Shown in pieces: positions 17,054 through 27,192 of a DNA stretch of 64,000 nt. The notes beneath the pieces were generated by a model, which did no database searches, had not been told where the DNA came from, and saw only the letters and a list, made by a program, of their open reading frames with translations. Position numbers and translations under genes: made by a program. Positions within the stretch are counted from its first letter, which is position 1. Each line of letters starts with the position of its first letter. The stretch is from IMG/VR virus record IMGVR_UViG_3300042868_005339. One strand, 5' to 3'. Source of the stretch: a virus.

Positions 17054-19326
17054 AGAGAACTTCTAATCGAGGCTTGCTGCGCTTGGTATGAAGCGCCCTT
17101 CAAGGCAATAGCGGCAGCGGCAGCGGTATCTTTCAGAGCGCGAGCTTGAGCTGCATCAGCTTGGCGCTGTTCCATCTTCATGCGAAACTCTTCAGCGCGT
17201 TGATCCATTTTTGCACGCCACTCAGCCATCTTCATTTCAATCTCAGACGGTCCTTGATTTTCTTGAGGTTGACCAGATGCCTCCGCCTCCATCGCCTGCT
17301 GTTTCTGTAGGTGTCGCGAGCCGTTGACAATGATCTCATTAAACTGTTGGAGTTGCTGACGGAATTGAGGTGCTTCTGGACCAGTGAACTGCTCAAGAGT
17401 CTGAGCAGCATGATCAAAGATGTTTGACATTGGCGGAACGATCTGAGCATACATCTCAGGATTCTGACCAGCTTGGTCAAACTGCTGGTAGAACTCAGTC
17501 AGCTTGGCAATGTGAGTCTGCAAATGCACGCTCTTGTTCTCATTTGGCAAGATCGCCTGAGTAGCCCCTTGAGCAAGAATTGCATTCTGAGCATCTGCAA
17601 TAGCGGCATCAATCGGCGGACGCTGATTAGCTCCAGCAGGAGTTGTAAGCTCATCAGCCATCTGCCAGCCAGCGATAGCACCAGTGAAGTTGCGGATGAG
17701 AGTCTGCTTGCCGTATTCGTCGTAATACGGATACATCGGCATCAGGTTTTCGTATGCCAAGCGACGTGCGGAAGGACTACCAAAACCAATGGAACGACTG
17801 GCTCGCGTGTAGCGCAAGTCCATGTTCTTCAGTGCTTCCTCTGGAATACCATCTTCCAAGCACATTTGACGGAACTGCCACACTTCCTCGCCTCCAGGCT
17901 CGCTACGTTGATAACCAGGACGGAAGAATCGACGGCCAACTTCATTCATCAGACGGTCAAACGGCTGCATGAACAGATTAATGGAAGTCACGGAAAGCTG
18001 AGAAGCCATTTCCATGCGAGACATCGCCTCAAACTTGGAAAGCTCTCTGCCAGTATCGAGCGTTTTACTGCTCGTGTACTGCGCGATGTTGTTATAGAAC
18101 GTCTGGCGCAGACTTTGAACGGCAGGCTCAATGTTCTGGATGATGTTTGGCTGCTGAATCTGAACAAAACTTGCTCCAGGCGTCACAAGGTAACCAAAGC
18201 CATACGGAACAATGCGGAAGTTCTCGACGGCTTCTTCGCTTTCAACCTGCCAGTGTGGGCCAGCGGTTTGAGCTACATCCACTTTCTTGTTTTCCAAACG
18301 CATCAACTGCTGGAAGGCATTGAACATGTCGGAGCCGAGTCCGCGAATACCATGATAGTTGCCGTTGGTGCCGATGCCGCGAGTGAAGAAAGTAAACGCC
18401 TCGCTAGCGTTGCGGTAAAGGTGACGACGCTTAAAGAGGAAGTTTTCAGGAACTCCATCGGTGATCGGATAGCCATTCTCAGCAAACGCATACATGGAGT
18501 AGCTGCCGTCAAGCTCTTGAACCCACATGTAGATCACCGAGATAGACGGACTCGTCTCGCCATAGGTGATGTCGTTGTCTTTCCAGCGAGCTTCCCACTC
18601 CATCCAGTTGAGCATATCGGGAATCTGCTCCGAAGCGTTCATGATCGCCTTCTTTAGCTGATCGCGATCCCATCCTTGCTCATCAGCAATCTCGCCCATG
18701 TTGATGTACTTCATCAAGTCGGCAGGATTTTCCAGTTTCTTGAGGCATGCGTATTGGATTTCAGCTTCGTTAGCGCGTGTCTGACGAGGAATCTTGAAGT
18801 AGGCAAGATTCGTTACGTCCCACTCCCAATTGAGAGGGTCTTGGAAATAAGCGATGCCAACACCGTGGAGAACCATGTAGTGCGGAATGTAGCTGTACTT
18901 GAAGTTGAACTGAGGCCAGCGACGAATGACGCGGCTCATATTCAGGCTCATCTTCTGCGACCATTCTTGACGCTCTTGTTCGGAACCATACTTAGTGCGA
19001 AGGTCAATCAGGCTCTCGGTGCCAGAAATGAGGTCATAGAACGCAGCAAGAGACGTATCCAGAACAGCCTTAGCATCACCTGGATTGAAGTTGGACATAT
19101 AGGCCAGACCCTGCTTGGCAAGCTGATTCTGGTCCAATGGTGGAGCGCCATCAACCATTGCCTGAACCTTTGCCATCTGCTGATTCGATTTCAAATCAGC
19201 CTGTTGAAGGCGAAACCAAAGGCTTCGAGCAGCGCCAACGTCCTTGATTCGTTCGTCAAGGAATTTGCCCCGGTCATCTACGACGGGAGGATTATAAGAC
19301 TCAAGGGTATTTGTGGAATCAGCCAT
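17050..19326 (-). CDS. Putative portal protein
   Basis: 758 aa with a long C-terminal coiled-coil/Gln-Ala-rich tail, upstream of scaffold and capsid. The call is positional. Confidence 0.6.
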   Translation of the reverse strand: MADSTNTLESYNPPVVDDRGKFLDERIKDVGAARSLWFRLQQADLKSNQQMAKVQAMVDGAPPLDQNQLAKQGLAYMSNFNPGDAKAVLDTSLAAFYDLISGTESLIDLRTKYGSEQERQEWSQKMSLNMSRVIRRWPQFNFKYSYIPHYMVLHGVGIAYFQDPLNWEWDVTNLAYFKIPRQTRANEAEIQYACLKKLENPADLMKYINMGEIADEQGWDRDQLKKAIMNASEQIPDMLNWMEWEARWKDNDITYGETSPSISVIYMWVQELDGSYSMYAFAENGYPITDGVPENFLFKRRHLYRNASEAFTFFTRGIGTNGNYHGIRGLGSDMFNAFQQLMRLENKKVDVAQTAGPHWQVESEEAVENFRIVPYGFGYLVTPGASFVQIQQPNIIQNIEPAVQSLRQTFYNNIAQYTSSKTLDTGRELSKFEAMSRMEMASQLSVTSINLFMQPFDRLMNEVGRRFFRPGYQRSEPGGEEVWQFRQMCLEDGIPEEALKNMDLRYTRASRSIGFGSPSARRLAYENLMPMYPYYDEYGKQTLIRNFTGAIAGWQMADELTTPAGANQRPPIDAAIADAQNAILAQGATQAILPNENKSVHLQTHIAKLTEFYQQFDQAGQNPEMYAQIVPPMSNIFDHAAQTLEQFTGPEAPQFRQQLQQFNEIIVNGSRHLQKQQAMEAEASGQPQENQGPSEIEMKMAEWRAKMDQRAEEFRMKMEQRQADAAQARALKDTAAAAAIALKGASYQAQQASIRSSL

Positions 19327-19328
19327 AA

Positions 19329-20375
19329 TTATGCGAGGCTAACCCATTTAGGCGGTCCCGCAACCTTCAATCCACTTCCAGTTTCGGAACATGCGGAAAC
19401 GATTTCTTCGGTCTTGAGTCCAAGCTGCTCTGCAATCTTCTTGGCTGTCAGGCGATCCTTACTAGCCTCCACAACTCCTTTGATGCGGAAAGCAAGAAAC
19501 CCTACAGATGGAAGCTGGCCTTCTTGTCCAGTGAGGCTTTTAGGTTCTTCAACCACCGTTTTTGGTTCAACCTTATTAGTGTCGGAAGCCTTAGTTGTGA
19601 TTTTGTCAGCCAAAACCAGTTTCGCGAGACTTCCATCTTTGCAGCCGTGAACGACTACTGCGTGACCGTCATAAGGCTTGGCGTGACTCAGGTTCACGTC
19701 ACCAGAAAGATCATCACAGACAATTTGTCCATTTTCTACGCGGTAGTTGCCCGTGTTCCAGTTGTGCTGGATTAGAATCGTGTTGTGAGCGTGTGGAACA
19801 ACCTCATAGCGAAGTCGGATGTCAAAAGGCTCAAGCGGACCAGCCCAAGGCATAGAGCGGTCAAGTTGACCAATGTTTGGCGAAAGAGCGCCCATAGCAT
19901 GATGGTAAATGCCAGTGCCAACCATGTGAGGATCGCCAAATGATGGCTTGAGTGATCCGTCCTGCATGATTGAAAATCCACGGGTTGGAACGATTGCCCC
20001 CATGTGAGCCTTACCAGATTCGTGATGCTCACGTTGGAGCTTACTCAGCCAACCAATTTGAATTGGCGTATTATCCAACTCATAGAAGTACCAAGGTCCA
20101 GCGGTATATTTCTCACTTACCGTCTGAGCAACAGCGCGGAAATGCTTAGCGGCAGCTTCCGTGGCTCCATTGGAGTGGAAGTCGATAATGTGAATGTCTA
20201 GGTTGGAGAATAAAGGCTTAATCTGCTCAGCAAATACGCGAGCTTCATTTTCAATTTCTAAGCGGGCAAAGATTGCACACTGGAAACCAGCATAAGGACC
20301 GAACTTCTTGAAGATTTCCGCCGTATGGGGCAGGTTTTTGGCGTCACTGGCACTAACAGGAATAGCTAAGAGCAT
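19329..20375 (-). CDS. Putative glycosyltransferase-like protein
   Basis: WYFYELDNTPIQIGWLSKLQREH...GKAHM aligns by eye with FMWIECDSIPIKKGWLKAITDEY...GKPYL in the N-domain of 20424..22124. Confidence 0.4.
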   Translation of the reverse strand: MLLAIPVSASDAKNLPHTAEIFKKFGPYAGFQCAIFARLEIENEARVFAEQIKPLFSNLDIHIIDFHSNGATEAAAKHFRAVAQTVSEKYTAGPWYFYELDNTPIQIGWLSKLQREHHESGKAHMGAIVPTRGFSIMQDGSLKPSFGDPHMVGTGIYHHAMGALSPNIGQLDRSMPWAGPLEPFDIRLRYEVVPHAHNTILIQHNWNTGNYRVENGQIVCDDLSGDVNLSHAKPYDGHAVVVHGCKDGSLAKLVLADKITTKASDTNKVEPKTVVEEPKSLTGQEGQLPSVGFLAFRIKGVVEASKDRLTAKKIAEQLGLKTEEIVSACSETGSGLKVAGPPKWVSLA

Positions 20376-20423
20376 AAGATTTCTTGGTTATAAGGGTTTG
20401 ATTGAAAGTGGTCAAATAGAATT

Positions 20424-22124
20424 TCAAAGCAAATCTCCAATATTTCCACTCGTGAGAGTAAAGATTGGATGATCTGTATAGCCATTCTCACGAAGGGCAT
20501 CCATTGCAGCAGTCATGTTTGACATGCGCAGATTGCCACTAAAAGAATTTGGCGCAGCTTTAACGGTGGCTTTAACAACCTCTGCTTCGGCTTGCTCGTG
20601 GCTAATTCCAAGTAGCTTGGATACCTTGAATGCCACCTTTCTTACGGTGCCTTCTTGAATGCGTGTGCCGCCATGGTCATAGATCCAACCGTATCCACGT
20701 CCAACTTTTGGCACAATCGTTGTGTCGAAGTTTGACCAATGAATGGCGTTAGACTTGAGACTTTTTGCTGGAATATAAGCTGTGGCTGGAAGCGTTACCG
20801 TTCCATCAAAGACATACTGAGCGTTATGCGCCTTTGGATAAATACAGTCTGGAATTAAAAGTGATCCCTCAAGAATTCGAGGATGCTTCAAGCCTTCTGC
20901 AATGGTCATGCAAGAGCTTTGGTTTCCGATAAATAACTCACTTCCAGCAATTACCTGCGCCACTTCCAACATATCGTTGGTGATGATGTAGCGCACCTTA
21001 CCAAAATTATGCTCAAAATCAGCGTGCTCCTGTGGTAATCCAATGAAGCAAAGTAGTTTCCCATAGTGTTCAACTATCTCTCTCCAAGGGAAATGTGGAT
21101 TATTGTAGCGAGGGCTACGATTGATAATAATGAAGTCGTTAAACTTCTTGTTTGGCTCAACCGTAAGCCACGGCTTGCTCATGTCCGGTAGCGTGTCGAT
21201 GAAATGCGTATCGAGAGCGTGTTGAGCATGGCAAGTAGCCAGATTGCGTCTTTTGTCATGCCAGCTTGGTCGGAAACCTTCCGATGCCCACACAATAGAT
21301 TCTCGCTTCCAGATTTTGACAGCGTTGATATATGGTTGGGATTCGATCAGTGGCCTGATTAAAGGTAGCCTTTCCACGAAGCCTTTAGTTGAACCGTTAT
21401 CGCGAGCGTAATAATCAAACATCCCACCATGATGCTTCAATGTTGCTAGGCTCACCACCGCATCCCCCAAATCACCAACTCCAGAGACTCCAATAATCTC
21501 ATCACGCTTCATGGATGGCATGATGTGGTCGATTAAACCCTGAGCGTTATCTTTGTGGAAGATCACAGAATCATCTCGCAGAATATGCAAATCACGCGGG
21601 AACTCGTGGAGTGTGGCATCGCCCCTAGAATCATAGAAGCCATACGAGTGTTGAATCAAATCAGTGAGTCCAATTTGATCTGGAAAATTGGTAGAAATCC
21701 ACTCATCAAATCCGCCCGTGGTATATCCAACTGGAGCCTGCTCGTATGCGTCCGGTCCTTGCACGCCAATGCCAGTAAAGTTATCAAACGGTGGATTGCG
21801 AGTCTTTGGATAAAGATACGGCTTGCCCTGCTTCACATACTCATCAGTGATCGCTTTGAGCCATCCCTTCTTGATTGGAATTGAGTCACACTCAATCCAC
21901 ATAAAAGCCTTACCACGCATCGCTTTAGCGCACTGCTTGAACGCCAAATTTGCCACTTCTGGATAACGCATGCCAGGAGGGTCTTGAAACGACATCGTAA
22001 TTACCTCGGTGCCATCTAGCTCTTTCAAATATTGAACCAAGCGTTCAGCCTGACTTTTTTCGTGAGGCGCTATGTTGAGGACTACCGGGAGTAGTAATGT
22101 CATATTTTCTGGTAAATAATGCAA
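20424..22124 (-). CDS. Two-domain putative glycosyltransferase
   Basis: The N-terminal domain is the ExD-type paralogue of 19329..20375. The C-half has the GT9 (heptosyltransferase)-like motifs GDLGDAV, FIGLPQE and LFIGNQSSCMTIAEGLKHP. Confidence 0.5.
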   Translation of the reverse strand: MHYLPENMTLLLPVVLNIAPHEKSQAERLVQYLKELDGTEVITMSFQDPPGMRYPEVANLAFKQCAKAMRGKAFMWIECDSIPIKKGWLKAITDEYVKQGKPYLYPKTRNPPFDNFTGIGVQGPDAYEQAPVGYTTGGFDEWISTNFPDQIGLTDLIQHSYGFYDSRGDATLHEFPRDLHILRDDSVIFHKDNAQGLIDHIMPSMKRDEIIGVSGVGDLGDAVVSLATLKHHGGMFDYYARDNGSTKGFVERLPLIRPLIESQPYINAVKIWKRESIVWASEGFRPSWHDKRRNLATCHAQHALDTHFIDTLPDMSKPWLTVEPNKKFNDFIIINRSPRYNNPHFPWREIVEHYGKLLCFIGLPQEHADFEHNFGKVRYIITNDMLEVAQVIAGSELFIGNQSSCMTIAEGLKHPRILEGSLLIPDCIYPKAHNAQYVFDGTVTLPATAYIPAKSLKSNAIHWSNFDTTIVPKVGRGYGWIYDHGGTRIQEGTVRKVAFKVSKLLGISHEQAEAEVVKATVKAAPNSFSGNLRMSNMTAAMDALRENGYTDHPIFTLTSGNIGDLL

Positions 22125-22693
22125 AGTTGAGCTAGCCCATTGTGCATAGTCGAGTCAAAATCAGGATCGTTCCACTTGTCCCAATGGAAGCCGTCTAGTT
22201 CCATACGCAGATCAACAAGGTGCAATCCAGCATCTTTTCCCATTTGCACGATGCGCTTGTAGTCGTAGTGATCGTGGTTCATCGGCTTGTCCACGCTAAC
22301 AATATCCCATGATGTTTTGTGATCTGGATTAAAGCGTGCTTGATGAGAACTGCCAAAACGGAAGTCGCGGAACTTCTCATAAGCACTATAGAGAGGAACT
22401 AGAATGTACACATATCCGCCCTCCTTGAGAACTCGGCTCCAGTTTTGAAGAGCTACTTCTGGATCGTTCATGTGTTCCAGGCAATGGGCGCTCACTACAC
22501 AATCAAACGACTTGTCAGCAACACCAGTCAGATATTGCGCGTCTCCATCAGGCAAGTCCCAACCTCGAACGGTTGATGGTGGATCAAGTTTGATGGCGTC
22601 TGGACCACAGCCAATATCAAGGACTGATCCTTTAATAAACTGATAGTCTCCATGCCTGACTCGGCACTTGTGGGATTTGGTCATTTCGTCCAT
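22100..22693 (-). CDS. Class I SAM-dependent methyltransferase
   Basis: Motif I is VLDIGCGPD. It is followed by FDCVVSAHCLEHM and LKEGGYVYILVP. Confidence 0.8.
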   Translation of the reverse strand: MDEMTKSHKCRVRHGDYQFIKGSVLDIGCGPDAIKLDPPSTVRGWDLPDGDAQYLTGVADKSFDCVVSAHCLEHMNDPEVALQNWSRVLKEGGYVYILVPLYSAYEKFRDFRFGSSHQARFNPDHKTSWDIVSVDKPMNHDHYDYKRIVQMGKDAGLHLVDLRMELDGFHWDKWNDPDFDSTMHNGLAQLCIIYQKI

Positions 22694-22870
22694 ATTGATA
22701 TATTGAAATTAGTTGCCCGCCGCCGCATCATCCGTTCCTTCTTATGGATACACGGTAGCCAACATGGGCAATTATGCTTGATGCGCTTTTCGACCACTAC
22801 TTTCTCGTCGGTAATTACCAATCTGATTTGGCGAGGTACTTCGGCCAGCACAGGCACGGCGGGCAAATTG

Positions 22871-23209
22871 TTATTTAACTGCACTGACTTTAGCACCCAT
22901 GCCAACACGGGTTTTCTCGCGCATCTTGGCCTGAACCTTATTACGCCCTAATTCGCTAGCCGTTTTAGGCGTATCGGATGAAACTCGCTTCGTTGGTCGG
23001 CAATACTCGTTATCACCACCTGATCCGCAAGGCTTGCCAGTGCGCTGGTCTTTCCAGTTCTCCTTCTCCCATCGTTTGAGATTGGAGCCAGCTTCGGTCT
23101 TGCGAACATTGCCACTTTCCTTGCGGCACTTGGCAATGGCTTGAGAAGCGCGAGCCGATGGAAACACGTCGTAGCTTGCTTTGACTTTTTTGTAGCAGGA
23201 GTCCTTCAT
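22871..23209 (-). CDS. Hypothetical basic protein
   Basis: 112-aa Lys/Arg-rich ORF. Confidence 0.5.
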   Translation of the reverse strand: MKDSCYKKVKASYDVFPSARASQAIAKCRKESGNVRKTEAGSNLKRWEKENWKDQRTGKPCGSGGDNEYCRPTKRVSSDTPKTASELGRNKVQAKMREKTRVGMGAKVSAVK

Positions 23210-23304
23210 GGTAGATTGAGATTATGTTTTCCGATTTCAGTCAGGCATTTGACCAATAGAATGCAAAGTAGAATGACTGACATCCACACTGTTTCAGTAT
23301 TCAT
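23206..23304 (-). CDS. 32-aa TM peptide
   Basis: MNTETVWMSVILLCILLVKCLTEIGKHNLNLP. Its stop overlaps the ATG of 22871..23209. Confidence 0.3.
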   Translation of the reverse strand: MNTETVWMSVILLCILLVKCLTEIGKHNLNLP

Positions 23305-23309
23305 GGTGT

Positions 23310-23543
23310 TTACTTCTTCTTTACGCTTTTAGATCCCGAACATCCCCATTTCCGACGAGACAGGGAATTTGGCGAATTGGAATCAGAGCGCCAATCGCCA
23401 GCGATGTTGTTGCTGCGAGCGCAATACGCATCAGCACGCTTGCTGCCAATAGGGCCAATTTTGCTGCCTTTTTGGCCGTATTTCACCGTCTTTTCACGGC
23501 CAGTATCAGGATTCTTGACTGTTTTAGAGAACTTCTTTTCCAT
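23310..23543 (-). CDS. Hypothetical basic protein
   Basis: 77-aa ORF. Confidence 0.45.
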   Translation of the reverse strand: MEKKFSKTVKNPDTGREKTVKYGQKGSKIGPIGSKRADAYCARSNNIAGDWRSDSNSPNSLSRRKWGCSGSKSVKKK

Positions 23544-23555
23544 ATAATTGATAGC

Positions 23556-23798
23556 TTATGGCTTTTTGCGATATGTTGCAAGAGTGATTTTCACTCGTTC
23601 TTGTGGTGTTGTGTGTATTCTGGCAAATTTACCTCGCATCATATCCATCCAGTTTTGCCACTCAACCCTGTCGAGTTTCCACTCTTCCTCGGAAATCTCG
23701 TTGATGATCTTTTGGCGCTTCTCATCGTCTGTTATTCCGGCTAAGCGTCTAGTCGCCATTGCTCGCGCCGGTGGTCTGAATGTGGCTGGAATGCTCAT
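23556..23798 (-). CDS. Hypothetical protein
   Basis: 80-aa ORF with a 4-nt overlap with the upstream gene. Confidence 0.5.
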   Translation of the reverse strand: MSIPATFRPPARAMATRRLAGITDDEKRQKIINEISEEEWKLDRVEWQNWMDMMRGKFARIHTTPQERVKITLATYRKKP

Positions 23799-24466
23799 CT
23801 GTAGAGTGAGTTAAAACGCGGGGAGCGATAGCCGCTGATGGCCGTGTTGCGCAGTTTAGCAGCTATCTCTGCTGGCGTCATGGTGATGAGTGCCACGCGG
23901 GTTTCATCGAAAAGAGCTTTCGCCATAGATGCTGAGAAGCGAACCCTATCCTGCTTACGCTTTGGTGCTGTCGCTAGCTCATAGCGCATATTGAGAAAGT
24001 CGATTATTGCAGCCTCGACTGAGGCATCAAACTCACCAGGTATTGGAAGCGTCATAGCGTCGTCAGCCTCCATCTTGTAAACCTCTTCCCATGAAAGGTT
24101 ATCCTTTTTCTGCTTGCGATACTTTTTCATGTAATCTCGCATGTAGGCATTTTTTTGTTCAGGAGTCCTTATATCTCGATACTGAAAATAATTCAGGATT
24201 TTGAATCCACCGCTGACTCGCTCGATACGTCTCCCTTCATTATCTGGGGTGCGTGATTTTGGGTCTGGCGATGTAAAAGCTAGAATTGCGTCATCCGCTT
24301 CCTCCTTGGTGATATTAGCTACTCGGTAGAGAGACGCCTCGGTGATTGGGCTGATGCCGTTAGTTTTACAAGTTACCATCAGGGCCATCCACGCAATCCT
24401 CTGGTGATACGGACCTTCCCATACTGAAGAAGTGACTAATTCGCAGTGCGCCTTGATGAACGACAT
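23795..24466 (-). CDS. Hypothetical protein (replisome-organiser-like N-terminus?)
   Basis: 223-aa ORF preceded by a 200-nt AT-rich gap. Confidence 0.5.
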   Translation of the reverse strand: MSFIKAHCELVTSSVWEGPYHQRIAWMALMVTCKTNGISPITEASLYRVANITKEEADDAILAFTSPDPKSRTPDNEGRRIERVSGGFKILNYFQYRDIRTPEQKNAYMRDYMKKYRKQKKDNLSWEEVYKMEADDAMTLPIPGEFDASVEAAIIDFLNMRYELATAPKRKQDRVRFSASMAKALFDETRVALITMTPAEIAAKLRNTAISGYRSPRFNSLYR

Positions 24467-24674
24467 GAGCCATAATGCGTTAGTTATAGTTAAGAGTCAA
24501 CATGAACTATCTCGAATTATGTTAACCACTTGTCTATTCTATTATGTTAGCTTTACGCGCTTTTCTCATTGATCGTCAATGGTTTATAGCCTGTTTTCAG
24601 CCTGTGCTCGACTTTTACACTTTTTCACATCTTACCCTCCCAAAGTCTGGCATCAGGACCGCATAGCCCAAATA

Positions 24675-24977
24675 TTATTCAGCTTTGTTAAGTTTCCCTG
24701 CGCACTCGGCATATCCGATGATGTCAACTAGGGTGTCTCGCTTTTTGCTTGTCTTGGCTCGGCTGACTTTCAGAAGAATCATCATCTGTGCTACATCCCA
24801 AGGTTCAATGGTCGAACCTGTGTAGGCGCTCCACAGATTTGCGATGCGAGCAAAGGATTTGTTCGCATCGCCGTAGTCAACTTGACGTTCTCCAGCGACG
24901 ATTGCTGCGGCCTCCTCGGAAATGGATTGCTGTGAAGCTGGAGTCGCAGCGTCTGTTTCAGGTGTTGGTGTATTCAT
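24675..24977 (-). CDS. DUF6378-like protein
   Basis: ERQVDYGDANKSFARIANLWSAYTG...WDVAQMMILLKVSRA...DTLVDIIGYA. The start is set at the internal ATG that forms an ATGA overlap with the upstream gene. Confidence 0.5.
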   Translation of the reverse strand: MNTPTPETDAATPASQQSISEEAAAIVAGERQVDYGDANKSFARIANLWSAYTGSTIEPWDVAQMMILLKVSRAKTSKKRDTLVDIIGYAECAGKLNKAE

Positions 24978-25267
24978 AATTGTTTCTTGGAGCCAATCTT
25001 CCTTCCCTTGGGTAAGCAGCCACAGGACTGCACACTGCGAGAGGTGAGATTTTGGTAATACACTTCGGTCTTGTTGCCGCACTCGCATTGACACAGCCAG
25101 CGGCTATTACCATGGGTGTTGCGCGATACAAGTTCTACAACAATCAAGCTGCCGAAGGTTTCGTTGATGAGTGATTTTGGTGAGCGTCCCATTGGGATGT
25201 TAACTGGAAAGTTGGTTGGGATAATTGCTGTCCGCCTCAATGAGGAACTCGCACTCGAAAGCGACAA
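24974..25267 (-). CDS. Short member of the Cys4-ribbon family (N-terminal module only)
   Basis: FGSLIVVE...WLCQCECGNKTEVYYQNLTSRSVQSCGCL. Confidence 0.55.
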   Translation of the reverse strand: MSLSSASSSLRRTAIIPTNFPVNIPMGRSPKSLINETFGSLIVVELVSRNTHGNSRWLCQCECGNKTEVYYQNLTSRSVQSCGCLPKGRKIGSKKQL

Positions 25268-25472
25268 TCGCAGGTGGATGTATGAACGATATTAGCGTCA
25301 TATCTCCGCGTGGAGCAGTGCGGCGTAAACACGTCTCACAGCCTTCGCGCCAGTCCCAACTGCCGTTTTCATTGAATCCTACGCCATCACATCGGGCCAC
25401 ATCATTAGGAAGCCGAATCAAGGCGCTATTGGTCTTCATGGGTTTCATTTCCGTGTTTAATTCCTGCGTCAA
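25200..25472 (-). CDS. Hypothetical Cys-rich protein
   Basis: 90-aa ORF containing ARCDGVG...CETCLRR. The start is uncertain. Confidence 0.45.
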   Translation of the reverse strand: MTQELNTEMKPMKTNSALIRLPNDVARCDGVGFNENGSWDWREGCETCLRRTAPRGDMTLISFIHPPAIVAFECEFLIEADSNYPNQLSS

Positions 25473-25779
25473 TGTGGATTTTGGTTATGCTCGCCATCGC
25501 TTGATCCGAGACGTTGAGCCGAATATCTCGCATGGTGGCCGCAATTAGACCGGCCTCGCCAAAAAGTTTAGAGCATTGGTGGCCACCCAAAGCGGCGCGC
25601 ACCGCATCGGCTCGGATATACTCAATGTCTCCGTCGAAGATTCGATCGCGGCACCATGTTACCTCATCTTCGTGGATTGGTTCATCGAGATCATCTGAGT
25701 CTCCGTGCCACTGGAGGTAGATTGTTGTTGGTCGTTCGTTCATTGTATTCATGTCCTCCGTTGGTGTTAATACGCCCAC
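25426..25779 (-). CDS. Hypothetical protein
   Basis: 117-aa ORF. Confidence 0.5.
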   Translation of the reverse strand: MGVLTPTEDMNTMNERPTTIYLQWHGDSDDLDEPIHEDEVTWCRDRIFDGDIEYIRADAVRAALGGHQCSKLFGEAGLIAATMRDIRLNVSDQAMASITKIHIDAGIKHGNETHEDQ

Positions 25780-26399
25780 TTGGCATCGCCAAGGATTTCG
25801 TCCGAATCAGACCACCATTCGTCCCACTGAGCGTTAGTCGCGACACTCCAGCCTGGGATGGTTGCGGCTGCGTCTTTGCCGGTCAGTGAAACGGGAAGCC
25901 ACTTGATCCTGTTGTTTGGATAAATTGCGATCTGTCCGTTGCTGAGCTTGATGAAGTTGCCTTCCTTGTGCTCTTCAAGAAGCTCTGCATCACCCACGTC
26001 GAGGATGCCGCTGGCTTGTCCTTCTGGCAAGTGATCAATCGTGAACCAGTAATGTCCGCTGATGGGTGGATTACCTTTGCCAAGGTTCACTAGAACAGGC
26101 ACGTCGCTCAACTGATCCTTGCGCCAAAGCTCAATGGAACCAGACAGGCATTCCCACATCTGAACTTTATGTAGCGGAAGAGGCTTGTGATCATCTTCTG
26201 GTTCATACCAATAGACGCACTGAGGCGGGATTTTGTCGAAACAGGCAGCGTATTTCTCGACCCATGCTTGGAAGCAGAATGGACGGTTACGCATCGCTCG
26301 AACAGATACAAGCCAAGCTGTTTCAAATTCGTTTTCTGGACCACCGAAGGCGTCACAGCGGATGTATATTTTTGTTTTGGGGAGGTTTATGTTTCTCAT
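25767..26399 (-). CDS. Hypothetical protein
   Basis: 210-aa ORF. Confidence 0.55.
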   Translation of the reverse strand: MRNINLPKTKIYIRCDAFGGPENEFETAWLVSVRAMRNRPFCFQAWVEKYAACFDKIPPQCVYWYEPEDDHKPLPLHKVQMWECLSGSIELWRKDQLSDVPVLVNLGKGNPPISGHYWFTIDHLPEGQASGILDVGDAELLEEHKEGNFIKLSNGQIAIYPNNRIKWLPVSLTGKDAAATIPGWSVATNAQWDEWWSDSDEILGDAKWAY

Positions 26400-26402
26400 A
26401 TT

Positions 26403-26789
26403 TTACCAAAGGTTGAGGGTTTTTCCGAGAGCTTCGGAGCGTTGGGTTGCGGTTGCGTTGGCAAACGCAAACAAAACAACCTCCCTATAGCTTGCTGGCG
26501 AACTTAACGGAACAAGCTCAAGAACATCGTTTAAATGATAAACAAATTCAAACTGTTGATCATTCGTCAACTTATCTTGAAGTTCTTGCACCGCGTTGAG
26601 GTCGTTGAAGTAGTCGGGTAATGGGTCTAGCGGGAAGCACTCCAATTCGTCCACTGGGCAAGCGTTCACGCGGTCTGAGTAAGGCTCAGTTCTCCACGGT
26701 GCATACCCCACAAGGAACTGTTCAGAGATTCCCTTCCACCTAGCAGCCTCAGCCAGCTTGATTCGTTTTTCTTCTTGGGTCATTTGCAT
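26403..26789 (-). CDS. Hypothetical protein (phage ABA-sandwich-like?)
   Basis: LAEAARWKG...LPDYFNDLNAVQELQDKL pattern. Confidence 0.45.
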   Translation of the reverse strand: MQMTQEEKRIKLAEAARWKGISEQFLVGYAPWRTEPYSDRVNACPVDELECFPLDPLPDYFNDLNAVQELQDKLTNDQQFEFVYHLNDVLELVPLSSPASYREVVLFAFANATATQRSEALGKTLNLW

Positions 26790-26898
26790 AGCTTTAGTCC
26801 TTTGAATTTATAACACACCTTGGCGCTTTCGATTCGTTTCAGCCTGTTATTCGTGCGGTCTTTGGCGCTTTGTTGTTTTCTACGTTTTTCTTCTTCTG

Positions 26899-27192
26899 TC
26901 ATTTCGATGCCTCCCAAATGGTGAGGATTTGTTGGAGTGTGTCTTGTGCTAACTTTGAGTCTTGAGCGTAGGCGTTAAGAGCTTCATCCGAGCATTCAAC
27001 ATTTACCTCGATTGACATGGCTTCAATCATTGTCACAGCCACCAGCAAACACTCAGCAATAGCTGGCGAGATGTTGCGGATTGATTTATCCATTATCATG
27101 TAAGTCTTCGACAGTTCGATAAACTCGCGGAGTTCGGTTTTAAGTTGTTCTAGGTTCATATTATTTGGTCTATTCATATCGTCACCAACCAT
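26899..27192 (-). CDS. Hypothetical protein
   Basis: 97-aa helical ORF. Confidence 0.5.
   Translation of the reverse strand: MVGDDMNRPNNMNLEQLKTELREFIELSKTYMIMDKSIRNISPAIAECLLVAVTMIEAMSIEVNVECSDEALNAYAQDSKLAQDTLQQILTIWEASK

Noticed and set aside
17473-19650. 394-aa and 324-aa plus-strand ORFs antisense to the portal gene
   Set aside because: The same shadow-ORF effect applies. There are no motifs, the sequences are Leu/Arg/Ser-rich, and they are fully embedded in a much longer, better-behaved minus-strand ORF.
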